Below, piece after piece: positions 1 through 6,925 of a stretch of 64,000 nucleotides of DNA. The translations under genes were made by a program, and so were the position numbers. Location of the stretch: positions 26,918 through 90,917 of the forward strand of contig JAFGIV010000022.1 in NCBI GenBank assembly GCA_016929435.1, in the 5' to 3' direction. The notes beneath the pieces were generated by a model that did not search any database, had not been told where the DNA came from, and was given only the letters and a program-made list of their open reading frames with translations. Source of the DNA: Candidatus Uhrbacteria bacterium (lineage in GTDB: Bacteria; Patescibacteriota; Patescibacteriia; SG8-24). Numbering within the stretch: position 1 is the stretch's first letter; the number at the start of each line of letters is the position of its first letter.

Positions 1-859
1 GACCGTTGGCGTCGGAGGTGATGAACGGCTGGTTGATTTCCGTTTCCTGGGCGCTGGAAAGCTCGATCTTGGCCTTCTCCACCGCTTCCTTGATCCGCTG
101 GACGGCCAGGACATCGGCCCCCAGGTCGATCCCCTCGTCGTTCTTGAACTCCTGGATCACCCACTTTATCAGGCGCTGGTCAAAATCGTCGCCGCCCAGG
201 TGGGTATCGCCGTTCGTGGCCTTCACCTCCACCGTATCCTCGGCCACCTCCAGGACGGAAACGTCGAAAGTGCCGCCGCCCAGGTCATAGATGACGATCT
301 TTCCGCCCTGCTTCTTGTCGAAACCGTAGGCCAGGGCCGCGGCCGTCGGCTCGTTGATGACCCGCTTGACCTTCAGGCCGGCGATCTCCCCGGCGGTCTT
401 GGTGGCCTGGCGTTGGGCATCGTCGAAATAGGCCGGCACGGTGATGACCGCCTCCTCGACCTTCTCCCCCAACCGCTCCTCGGCATCGGCCTTCATCTTC
501 TGCAGAATCATGGCGGCGATCTCCTCCGGCGTGTATTCCTTTCCGGACATCTTCACCTTGATCCCCTCCCCGGCCTGGACCAGCTCGAACGGCAGGAGCT
601 GCCTCTCATGTTGCACCTCCGGGTCGTTCCAGCGCCGGCCGATCAGCCGCTTGATGGAATAGAGGGTGTTCTGGGGATTGACGACGGACTGGCGCTTGGC
701 GGTCTGGCCGACCAGCCGTTCTCCGGCCTTGGTGACGGCCACGACCGAAGGCGTGGTCCGGGCGCCCTCCTTGTTCTCCAAAACCTTCGGCTGCCCGCCC
801 TCGATGACGGCCATGCAGGAATTGGTCGTTCCCAAATCGATTCCGAGTATCTTTGGCAT
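1..859 (-). CDS. dnaK: molecular chaperone DnaK (Hsp70), N-terminal portion; 3' end lies beyond window start
   Basis: Minus-strand ATG (complement of 857-859) translates to [65 protein letters not shown]..., the canonical Hsp70 ATPase N-terminus. The frame stays open to position 1, and it is absent from the ORF track because there is no in-window stop. Confidence 0.9.
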   Translation of the reverse strand, partial: MPKILGIDLGTTNSCMAVIEGGQPKVLENKEGARTTPSVVAVTKAGERLVGQTAKRQSVVNPQNTLYSIKRLIGRRWNDPEVQHERQLLPFELVQAGEGIKVKMSGKEYTPEEIAAMILQKMKADAEERLGEKVEEAVITVPAYFDDAQRQATKTAGEIAGLKVKRVINEPTAAALAYGFDKKQGGKIVIYDLGGGTFDVSVLEVAEDTVEVKATNGDTHLGGDDFDQRLIKWVIQEFKNDEGIDLGADVLAVQRIKEAVEKAKIELSSAQETEINQPFITSDANG

Positions 860-1055
860 ATTTCTATATGGTTAATTGGTTGCGATAACGGGGCTTGGCC
901 CCTAAATCCCCTGAAGGGGCTTATTTTGAATAAACATTGTGTTTTAATGACTGATTACGCTTGACTTGACATAATGTCGACAACTTGATATGGTGATGGA
1001 CATCACGACAGGGGGAATCCGAACGGCTAACTGCCTAAGGGAACCCTCTTTTGTT

Positions 1056-1367
1056 TTATTCATTCGACACCTTACCCCAACCGTAAAAAACAGAACTCAA
1101 CTCTTTTGTTGTCTTTTCGGGATAGGCGTCGAAAACAACGCTATCTAATCTGTTTGACAACTCTGTTAAGGCTTTTTCTACTTTTAAAAATCCATCCCCA
1201 ATTTTAACCGGTTTTCCGGGTTGTCCATTACGCTGATGAACATTGGGCAATCTCTCATCAAACGCATAACTTAGGGCCTCAAGCCTTATGTTGTGCATCT
1301 TATTCACCATAGCCCCCAATTCTTTCCATTCCTCAAAACTCATGTACGGTATTTTTCGGCGTTTCAT
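1056..1367 (-). CDS. hypothetical 103-aa protein, low-GC insertion between grpE and dnaK
   Basis: Intact ORF (MKRRKIPYMSFEEWKELGAMVNKMHNIRLEAL...) at ~40% GC versus ~62% in the flanking genes. No recognisable family. Confidence 0.45.
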   Translation of the reverse strand: MKRRKIPYMSFEEWKELGAMVNKMHNIRLEALSYAFDERLPNVHQRNGQPGKPVKIGDGFLKVEKALTELSNRLDSVVFDAYPEKTTKELSSVFYGWGKVSNE

Positions 1368-1400
1368 ATTATCTAATCGGATAAAAACATTGTAGTCATA

Positions 1401-1979
1401 TCATTCCCCCACCACCACCCGCGCGGGCCTGATTACCCTGTCGTAAACCCGGCAGCCGGCCTCCAGCACCTCCACCACCTGTCCGGACCCGGATCCCTCC
1501 ACCGCCCGGGTCATCACCGCCTCGTGGATGTTCGGGTCAAAGGCGACTCCGACCCCGTCGATCATCTCCACCCCGACCTTGGCCAGGACCGAATCCAGCT
1601 GCTGCCGGATGGCCCTGATGCCCCCGATCCATTGGGCGATATCCGGCGGGTGTTCGCTGCCCTCGGCCGGTTTCGGCTCATGGACGGACGACTTCCGAAG
1701 GGCCTCGATGACCGGCAGGAGTTGGGCAACCAGATCGGCACAGGCATACCGGGACAGGTCCGACCGCTGGCGCTCCGCCTCCCGTTTCAGGTTGGCGTAA
1801 TCGGCCATGGCCCTCTGCCACCCGGCCCTATACTCGGCGCACCTTTCGGGGGTGTCGTCGGGCGAAGCGACGGTCGCGCCCCCGTCGTCAGGCGGCACCC
1901 CTGCCAGGGCCTCGTTAAGGTCATCCACCGAAACGGCCTCGTCCTTTTTTTCGATGTCGTCTTTCCGGTCTTCGTCCAT
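1401..1979 (-). CDS. grpE: nucleotide exchange factor GrpE
   Basis: 192 aa with the GrpE C-terminal signature (...VAFDPNIHEAVMTRAVEGSGSGQVVEVLEAGCRVYDRVIRPARVVV) and the conserved hrcA-grpE-dnaK context. Confidence 0.85.
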   Translation of the reverse strand: MDEDRKDDIEKKDEAVSVDDLNEALAGVPPDDGGATVASPDDTPERCAEYRAGWQRAMADYANLKREAERQRSDLSRYACADLVAQLLPVIEALRKSSVHEPKPAEGSEHPPDIAQWIGGIRAIRQQLDSVLAKVGVEMIDGVGVAFDPNIHEAVMTRAVEGSGSGQVVEVLEAGCRVYDRVIRPARVVVGE

Positions 1980-2076
1980 AGAAAGTCTCTTAAATAATCT
2001 TTCGCTTGGCTCCCCGTTTATGGCAGTCTCCCGAATGGCAGGAATTGGGGATAAACCTGATCCGGCTATTTTGGGT

Positions 2077-2808
2077 CTATCCGGGGGCGATCAGCGTCTC
2101 CCGCAGGCACCGCATCAGCGAATAGTTCGACTGGTAATCCATCCGCTGCGGACCGAGCAGGCCGATGATCCCCTCCCCCGTCTCCGGCGTCCCATAGCGC
2201 AGGACGATGATGCTGGTGCCGCGGCCGAACGGGTTTTCCTCACCGATCAGGACATCGACATCCCGGGTCATCCGCCCCTCCAGCTCGTTCAGGACCTGAT
2301 CAAGCCGATCCAGGGCATGAGTCACCGCAAACAGCAGCTTCTCGTCCCGAAACTCCGGGTGGCGGAAAAGGTTCTCCATGCCGGTCAGGTGGAACCGCCC
2401 GTCGTTCAGGCTGACGAAAACCGTCCCCTTAGTCAGTCGGGCCAGACTTTGGGCGAAAGACAGGGAACGGTCGGCAATTCCGGCCCGAACCGCCTGCTGG
2501 ACCTCAACCAACTGGCGCTCCTGCTCCGCCGACGGCCTGGTTTTGGGTTCCACGAACTCGCTGACGAAATACCGGTAACCAATCTCGGTAGGGATCCGTC
2601 CGGCCGAAGTGTGCGGCTGTCTCAAAAGCCCCTGCTCCTCCAAGACGGCCATGTCGTTCCTGACCGTGGCCGGGGAAACTCCGAAATCGTATTTTTCGAC
2701 GATCGAACCCGAACCGACCGGTTCGGCGGTATCGACGAATTCCCGGACCACTGCCCAGAGAACCTTTTTCCTTCGATTTTCGGCGGAATCACCCATTGAC
2801 ATACGCAT
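2077..2808 (-). CDS. hrcA: heat-inducible transcription repressor HrcA
   Basis: The N-terminus ([73 protein letters not shown]) is the HrcA winged-helix region. A CIRCE element lies immediately upstream. Confidence 0.85.
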   Translation of the reverse strand: MRMSMGDSAENRRKKVLWAVVREFVDTAEPVGSGSIVEKYDFGVSPATVRNDMAVLEEQGLLRQPHTSAGRIPTEIGYRYFVSEFVEPKTRPSAEQERQLVEVQQAVRAGIADRSLSFAQSLARLTKGTVFVSLNDGRFHLTGMENLFRHPEFRDEKLLFAVTHALDRLDQVLNELEGRMTRDVDVLIGEENPFGRGTSIIVLRYGTPETGEGIIGLLGPQRMDYQSNYSLMRCLRETLIAPG

Positions 2809-2814
2809 GAAAGA

Positions 2815-2841
2815 TTAGCACTCCTGACAGGAGACTGCTAA
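2815..2841 (-). promoter_or_regulatory. CIRCE operator (HrcA binding site)
   Basis: TTAGCACTC-ctgacagga-GACTGCTAA is the 9-N9-9 CIRCE inverted repeat (consensus TTAGCACTC-N9-GAGTGCTAA) with one mismatch, located 7 nt upstream of the hrcA start. Confidence 0.85.
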
Positions 2842-2851
2842 TCCTAAAGGG

Positions 2852-2880
2852 ATTATGCCTCCCTTTTTTAAGGCTGTCAA
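2852..2880 (-). promoter_or_regulatory. sigma-A type promoter of the hrcA operon
   Basis: On the minus strand, -35 TTGACA (complement of 2875-2880), a 17-nt spacer and -10 CATAAT (complement of 2852-2857), placing CIRCE just downstream of -10. Confidence 0.5.
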
Positions 2881-2904
2881 GAGGGGCAGAAAATCCCGCA
2901 TCCG

Positions 2905-2948
2905 ATAAAAAAACGGCTTTGGTTATGGGCCCAAAGCCGTCTTTATTC
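2905..2948 (-). terminator. rho-independent terminator, bidirectional in shape, serving the 2974..3417 gene
   Basis: Perfect 10-bp stem acggctttgg/ccaaagccgt with an 8-nt loop. Flanked by an A7 run that becomes a T7 run after the hairpin on the minus-strand transcript. Confidence 0.6.
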
Positions 2949-2973
2949 AAGAAGAAGCCCTTCCTTCTGCCTA

Positions 2974-3417
2974 CTATTCCTCTTCTTCGTCCAATGCCTC
3001 TGCGGACGGTTTCCCGGTGCAGATACCGTCCAGACTGAAATCACATACCGTGTTCACAGGACAATCACGGTCTGACCAACAAAATATCGCGCAGAAGTAT
3101 GGGGCGTTTCCGTAGGCGTCGGATATTACACATTGTTCCTCCCCGGGAACGATGTCGGGGCAGTTTTTTTCGTCGGCAAAACCGTATCGAAAGCACTGGG
3201 TAGAACAAAACCCGTACTCGTCAGAGACGAGTTTTACACATTTCTGGCCACTTTGGTCACCTTCCCCGTTATCACAGTCCCAGTCTGAATTGCAGGACTG
3301 CCCCCACAACGGGGCCTTGTCTTCGTCATCCTCGCCATCCCCCTGACATGCCATCGTCAACACCACCGACATGACCATTACTGCCATTGTCATCATAATC
3401 AACCCCATTTTTCTCAT
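2974..3417 (-). CDS. cysteine-rich secreted lipoprotein, member of a paralogous family
   Basis: Start adjusted to MRKMGLIMMTMAVMVMSVVLTMAC (signal peptide plus lipobox). RBS GGAGGG lies 7 nt upstream. About 16 Cys in 110 mature residues, homologous to the central module of the 4870..5796 product (...YGFCS..C...DCP...IC.G). Confidence 0.7.
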   Translation of the reverse strand: MRKMGLIMMTMAVMVMSVVLTMACQGDGEDDEDKAPLWGQSCNSDWDCDNGEGDQSGQKCVKLVSDEYGFCSTQCFRYGFADEKNCPDIVPGEEQCVISDAYGNAPYFCAIFCWSDRDCPVNTVCDFSLDGICTGKPSAEALDEEEE

Positions 3418-3483
3418 TACACACCCTCCTGTTGGGTTTTGGATGCCGCCGTTCGGCGGACACCATTTGTTAAAGACACCGAA

Positions 3484-3512
3484 ATGTTGACATAAATTTG
3501 GCCATCTGTCAA
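3484..3512 (-). promoter_or_regulatory. promoter of 2974..3417 gene (TTGACA-N17-CAACAT)
   Basis: -35 TTGACA (complement of 3507-3512), 17-nt spacer and a weak -10. The same architecture and downstream leader motif recur in the paralog promoters at 4760-4788 and 5862-5890. Confidence 0.4.
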
Positions 3513-3542
3513 GAGCCAAGAAGGTCAAGCGACAACCCGAAC

Positions 3543-3578
3543 AAAAAAGCGGGCGACCGACGGAAAGTCGGCGCCCGC
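3543..3578 (-). terminator. rho-independent terminator of the M8 protease gene
   Basis: Stem gcgggcgaccgac/gtcggcgcccgc with loop ggaaa, preceded on the + strand by A6, which is a T-run after the hairpin on the minus-strand transcript. Confidence 0.55.
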
Positions 3579-3616
3579 AAAAACAGTCAGAAAGAACAAT
3601 GCGAAGCGGTCAGCGG

Positions 3617-4696
3617 TCAAATTGTCCTGAACGGCAGGCGCCTAATGTCCTGCGTCAGGTCAAATACCTTGCCGACTCCCCGCCTTGAGAAGGCGGTTGA
3701 GAGGCTGAAAACGTCGGCAGCGCCGTAGTTAACGGCGTAACCGATATCCTCCATTGATCCTATGGTGACTATACTCACCGGCTCAAACGCCGATCCGGAA
3801 GTGAATCCGGTCATCGCCTCGACTCCAAAAACCGACTCCCTCCAGTGGCCGTCCTGGGTTCCGGCACCGTAATTTCCGTTCTCCACCGGAACCTTATGGC
3901 CATCATAATACGCCCCACCTACCTGCTCGAAAGCCGCCAACGCCTCGGTCCCAACGAAATGGGTATCAGCCCCCGGGTTGTAAAGGGAGGGGTTTTTGAG
4001 AAGACCCATGGCTTCCCAAAAAATACCGAATCCCAAGGAGTGTCCCATCTCGTGGAAAGCCACATTAGACAGGACGCCCTCCGCCAGCATCTGATCGGCA
4101 TCACTGTCATCTATGACGATGATGCTGACTGCCGGCAGAAGACTCGACCCTCGCCAAACGCAGGGGCCGGAATACCCCAAAATGCCTCCTGCCCCGTCAA
4201 TCGGGGCGATCTGGACAATTATTACGATATCGTCGATATCGTAGTCAATCCGGGGATGGGGTAACCCGTCACAGTATCCGGCCTCTATCGGGCTGGCGGA
4301 AAAACTGGCGGTCGGCAAATCTCCCACGATGATTCGCTCCCAACGAGCGGATGCCTCGTCGAAGGCGGATTCCGCGGACCTGCTGACTTGAGACACGAAA
4401 ATGAAATCAATATCGTATTCCCCACCTATGTCCGTATCCGCATCCGTATCGGTATCCGTATCGGCGTCCGCATCGGCATCAGCGTCAGCATCGGCATCCG
4501 AGCCGCCTAGGTCAACGCAGAACCCGGAAGCGCAGGTCAAATCCCCATCACAAGCCCCGCCTTCCGTGCACTGGCAGCCTTCGCTGCCGATCGCACAACC
4601 CCCTTCTCCGCTGCCCTCATCCTCATCACAGGCCGAAAGGCCAATCACCATCAGAAACATCGCCACGGACAGAATCGTTACGTTCAGGTTTTGCAT
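3617..4696 (-). CDS. leishmanolysin-like (peptidase M8 family) zinc metalloprotease lipoprotein with an N-terminal Cys-rich EGF-like module and a (DA)n/(DT)n linker
   Basis: Start at MQNLNVTILSVAMFLMVIGLSAC (lipobox) with RBS GGAGGGG upstream. HEMGHSLGF matches the M8 HExxHxxGF motif, with a distal His/Met-turn candidate (...DGHWRESVFGVEAMTG). N-terminal module C-x5-C-x-C-x5-C-x5-C-x4-C, then DADADADADADTDTDTDADTD. Confidence 0.6.
   Translation of the reverse strand: MQNLNVTILSVAMFLMVIGLSACDEDEGSGEGGCAIGSEGCQCTEGGACDGDLTCASGFCVDLGGSDADADADADADADTDTDTDADTDIGGEYDIDFIFVSQVSRSAESAFDEASARWERIIVGDLPTASFSASPIEAGYCDGLPHPRIDYDIDDIVIIVQIAPIDGAGGILGYSGPCVWRGSSLLPAVSIIVIDDSDADQMLAEGVLSNVAFHEMGHSLGFGIFWEAMGLLKNPSLYNPGADTHFVGTEALAAFEQVGGAYYDGHKVPVENGNYGAGTQDGHWRESVFGVEAMTGFTSGSAFEPVSIVTIGSMEDIGYAVNYGAADVFSLSTAFSRRGVGKVFDLTQDIRRLPFRTI
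4431..4500. repeat. hexanucleotide microsatellite (GTATCC/GCATCG-like units) encoding the (DA)n/(DT)n linker
   Basis: tccgtatccgcatccgtatcggtatccgtatcggcgtccgcatcggcatcagcgtcagcatcggcatccg. An imperfect 6-nt periodicity lies inside the M8 protease gene. Confidence 0.8.
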
Positions 4697-4759
4697 TTCA
4701 CCCCTCCTATGGGTATGTGGGCGTTCCATTATGGAAACGCCATTTTCAAAGACGCCGAC

Positions 4760-4788
4760 ACCTTAGCGCTGTTTGCGGTTTTTGTCAA
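4760..4788 (-). promoter_or_regulatory. promoter of M8 protease gene (TTGACA-N17-TAAGGT)
   Basis: Minus strand TTGACA aaaaccgcaaacagcgc TAAGGT, followed by the conserved leader GTCTTTGAAAATGGCG plus a hairpin. Confidence 0.5.
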
Positions 4789-4796
4789 GAGATACC

Positions 4797-4838
4797 GAGA
4801 AACAAAAGGCGGATACAGGAGAAAATCCAGTATCCGCC
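4797..4838 (-). terminator. rho-independent terminator of the 4870..5796 gene
   Basis: Perfect 9-bp stem ggcggatac/gtatccgcc with a 13-nt loop, followed on the minus strand by TTTTGTTTCT. Confidence 0.55.
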
Positions 4839-4869
4839 GTAACCAAGCCCGAACCAAAGAACGTGATAA

Positions 4870-5796
4870 TCAGCAGTCTTCCTCTATATCGACAAAGAAA
4901 TCTTCTGTAACCCCCGCGCAAAAGGGATAGTCGCAGAAGCCGTCCCCTACCCAATCACACGGATCGTCGGCACCGCAGGTGCAGGCATCATATACCAAAT
5001 CTTCACATGCGCCGTCGCATCCGCCATCTTCCCCAATATGAGATCCAGCACAAATGCTTATGCCTTCACTCATCCAATAGTGGCAATAACCGTCCGGACA
5101 ATCGGAATCGTCTTCGCATGATATGGAACAGAAGTCTGTACCACCATCGATCAACTCAACGAAGCAACCTTCCGTGCCGCTCCCCATATCTGTGCAATAG
5201 GGATCGAGATCGCCAGAATTGCAGCACTCCTTGGAACAAAACCCGTAACCATCAATCAAGATGCATGTCTGCCCAGCCGTACAATCATCGTTGGATAGAC
5301 AATCGCCTCCCCAATCCCCAGATACCGGTTCCGCATCGCATACTCCGCTACCACAATCGTCACTGTCATCGAACGGACTGGAGACGGCCTGAGAACAGTC
5401 CTCATCGCAGTACCCGTCACCGACCCAGTTGCAGGGGTCATCGGAACCGCAGGTGCAGGCATCATATACCAAATCTTCACAGGCGCCGTAGCACTCGTCA
5501 GCGTCACCGTCAGCATCGGTGTCGGTGTCCGTATCGGTGTCAGTGTCCGTATCGGTGTCGGTATCCGTATCGGTGTCGGTGTCCGTATCGGTGTCAGACC
5601 CCGGATTTCCCGGATCAACGCAACGACCGGAAGCGCACACTAAGCCCGGATCGCATCCACCGCCCGGGGTGCACTCGCACCCCTTATTGCCGACCTGGCA
5701 ATCATCATCCATTTCATCCCCCCGGCAACCGGGTGCAAAAAGGGCCATTATTGCCGCTACCGCCACGAACAACATCCCAATCGATAGTTTCTTCAT
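4870..5796 (-). CDS. cysteine-rich secreted lipoprotein with (DT)14 linker and internally duplicated Cys modules
   Basis: Start at MKKLSIGMLFVAVAAIMALFAPGC (lipobox) with RBS AGGAGGGG. The N-terminal module (CQVGNKGCECTPGGGCDPGLVCASGRCVD) is paralogous to the M8 protein N-terminus. Then (DT)14 DADGDADE; the module YGACEDLVYDACTCGSDDPCNWVGDGYCD is repeated near the C-terminus, and the central module is paralogous to the 2974..3417 product. Confidence 0.7.
   Translation of the reverse strand: MKKLSIGMLFVAVAAIMALFAPGCRGDEMDDDCQVGNKGCECTPGGGCDPGLVCASGRCVDPGNPGSDTDTDTDTDTDTDTDTDTDTDTDTDTDADGDADECYGACEDLVYDACTCGSDDPCNWVGDGYCDEDCSQAVSSPFDDSDDCGSGVCDAEPVSGDWGGDCLSNDDCTAGQTCILIDGYGFCSKECCNSGDLDPYCTDMGSGTEGCFVELIDGGTDFCSISCEDDSDCPDGYCHYWMSEGISICAGSHIGEDGGCDGACEDLVYDACTCGADDPCDWVGDGFCDYPFCAGVTEDFFVDIEEDC
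5497..5598. repeat. hexanucleotide microsatellite (GTGTCG/GTATCC-like units) encoding (DT)n
   Basis: About 17 tandem 6-nt units (gtcggtgtccgtatcggtgtcagtgtccgtatcggtgtcggtatccgtatcggtgtcggtgtccgtatcggtgtc). Confidence 0.85.
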
Positions 5797-5861
5797 CCTT
5801 ACCCCTCCTATTGGGTATATGGGCCTCCCGTTCGGGAGCGCCATTTGTTAAAGACACCGAA

Positions 5862-5890
5862 ATTTTAATGCAAATCGCATATTTTGTCAA
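5862..5890 (-). promoter_or_regulatory. promoter of 4870..5796 gene (TTGACA-N17-TAAAAT)
   Basis: Minus strand TTGACA aaatatgcgatttgcat TAAAAT, followed by the conserved leader TTTCGGTGTCTTTAACAAATGGCG plus a hairpin. Confidence 0.55.
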
Positions 5891-5912
5891 GGGCCCATCC
5901 TGACACGGCCGA

Positions 5913-5951
5913 ACCAAAACAAAAACGGCTTTGAATTATGGCCAAAACCGT
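5913..5951 (-). terminator. rho-independent terminator of the small lipoprotein gene, paralogous to the terminator at 2905..2948
   Basis: Hairpin acggctttg-aattatggc-caaaaccgt, followed on the minus strand by TTTTTGTTTTGG. Near-identical in sequence to the 2905..2948 hairpin (gacggctttgg...ccaaagccgt). Confidence 0.5.
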
Positions 5952-5987
5952 CTTTCTTGAGAAGAAATCCCTCCCTCTCTCCCCTCT

Positions 5988-6161
5988 TTATCTTTCCTCT
6001 TTTTTTTCTTCCTCACCCGCATCAACTCCACCCATCGGAATGCTGACCAAGACCCGACCAGCATCCGACTTGTGTGCCGATGAGGATGAGGAAGTGGCGC
6101 AACCGCCAATTACCATAATCATCGTCAGTATCAACACCAACAAAACCCGAATTTCTCTCAT
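5988..6161 (-). CDS. small lipoprotein (57 aa), not in the ORF track because under 60 aa
   Basis: Minus-strand ATG (complement of 6159-6161) translates to MREIRVLLVLILTMIMVIGGCATSSSSSAHKSDAGRVLVSIPMGGVDAGEEEKKEER with stop TAA. RBS AAGGAG, its own promoter and its own terminator. Confidence 0.5.
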   Translation of the reverse strand: MREIRVLLVLILTMIMVIGGCATSSSSSAHKSDAGRVLVSIPMGGVDAGEEEKKEER

Positions 6162-6198
6162 CTATCTTCTCCTTTGTTTACCTGTTTTGATTGGACAA

Positions 6199-6227
6199 AC
6201 TATAGCGTTTTTAGGCGGTTTTGTCAA
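6199..6227 (-). promoter_or_regulatory. promoter of small lipoprotein gene (TTGACA-N17-TATAGT)
   Basis: Minus strand TTGACA aaaccgcctaaaaacgc TATAGT. This is the fourth promoter of the array with the same -35 and spacing. Confidence 0.55.
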
Positions 6228-6298
6228 GCCTGACAGGCAAAGACCGCCGGCTCTGGCCGACGGCCTTACCTGGCCAAATTCAACCGAAAGAAGTTGGG

Positions 6299-6892
6299 TT
6301 ATCCCTCCTTCTTCGCCCCCCCGGAATGGCTGATGTCGGACAGGAGAACGTTCTCCACGAAAATCCCCCGCGGATAGAATATCCTCTCCAGTTCGTTCTT
6401 GCATTCCACCTCCACGGCATCGCGCTTGGCGGAAACGACATCCTGATAGTCGTAGCGGGAGGCGATCATCCGCATCCGGGAACGGATGGTCGGCCGGACG
6501 ATCTTGGCCACGAAATCCTCCCCTATGTTCTGCCACATGGTCGGAACCTGGTTGATGTCCAAACGGAGCAGTACGGTCCCCTCAATGGATATCTGCTTGC
6601 CGTCCGCCGTCTGGGCGATGATCGGCAGGTCACCCAAGGCCTGCTCGTGTTCCGGGTTGAACTGCCGGCTGATGCCGTACTCCAGGGTCTGGGTATTGAA
6701 AAGCTTGGCCTTCTGCCAAAACGGTATCTTCAGGTGCAGTCCGGGGGTCAGAACCTTCTTCAGCACTCCCCGCCCCAGGTCATATACGCAGGCCACATAC
6801 CCCGGCGGAACGTGAACGAAAAGCCCCTTCAGGACATCCTCCACCACGAAGGAATACATTATCTTGTCCAGGCTGTCTCCGGATCGGGACAT
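6299..6892 (-). CDS. SPFH/Band 7 (prohibitin/HflK-like) domain protein
   Basis: VPPGYVACVYDLGRGVLKKVLTPGLHLKIPFWQKAKLFNTQT... resembles the SPFH domain beta-sheet core. Confidence 0.55.
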   Translation of the reverse strand: MSRSGDSLDKIMYSFVVEDVLKGLFVHVPPGYVACVYDLGRGVLKKVLTPGLHLKIPFWQKAKLFNTQTLEYGISRQFNPEHEQALGDLPIIAQTADGKQISIEGTVLLRLDINQVPTMWQNIGEDFVAKIVRPTIRSRMRMIASRYDYQDVVSAKRDAVEVECKNELERIFYPRGIFVENVLLSDISHSGGAKKEG

Positions 6893-6925
6893 AAGACGGA
6901 CGGTTAGGTTGAATTACGGGCTTCC

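Noticed and set aside
862-1055. Second CIRCE element or separate heat-shock promoter directly upstream of dnaK
   Set aside because: No TTAGCACTC-N9-GAGTGCTAA-like repeat is present. Only GC-rich hairpins and a + strand oriented TTGACA-N17-TATGGT motif are seen, and their function is unclear.
1524-1997. Long + strand ORFs antisense to grpE/hrcA (e.g. 1524..1997, 1807..2799) and many other antisense ORFs in the track (13575..14360, 18411..19457, 21086..21955, 22106..23431, 27198..28592, 43124..43918, 43988..45505 etc.)
   Set aside because: They overlap well-supported conserved genes on the opposite strand. They have Arg/Gly/Pro-rich, low-complexity translations typical of antisense frames in high-GC DNA and carry no recognisable motifs.
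4401-4766. ORFs encoding (SV)n / (SA)n peptides (4401..4766 +, 5519..5851 +)
   Set aside because: These are reading frames through the hexanucleotide microsatellites on the strand opposite the signal-peptide-bearing, motif-rich genes. They are artefacts of repeat periodicity.
5938-6333. + strand ORF 5938..6333 overlapping the small lipoprotein gene
   Set aside because: It has no RBS or promoter. The minus-strand 57-aa lipoprotein has a consensus promoter, RBS, signal peptide and terminator. The + ORF translation is low complexity (SSFFSSSPASTPP).
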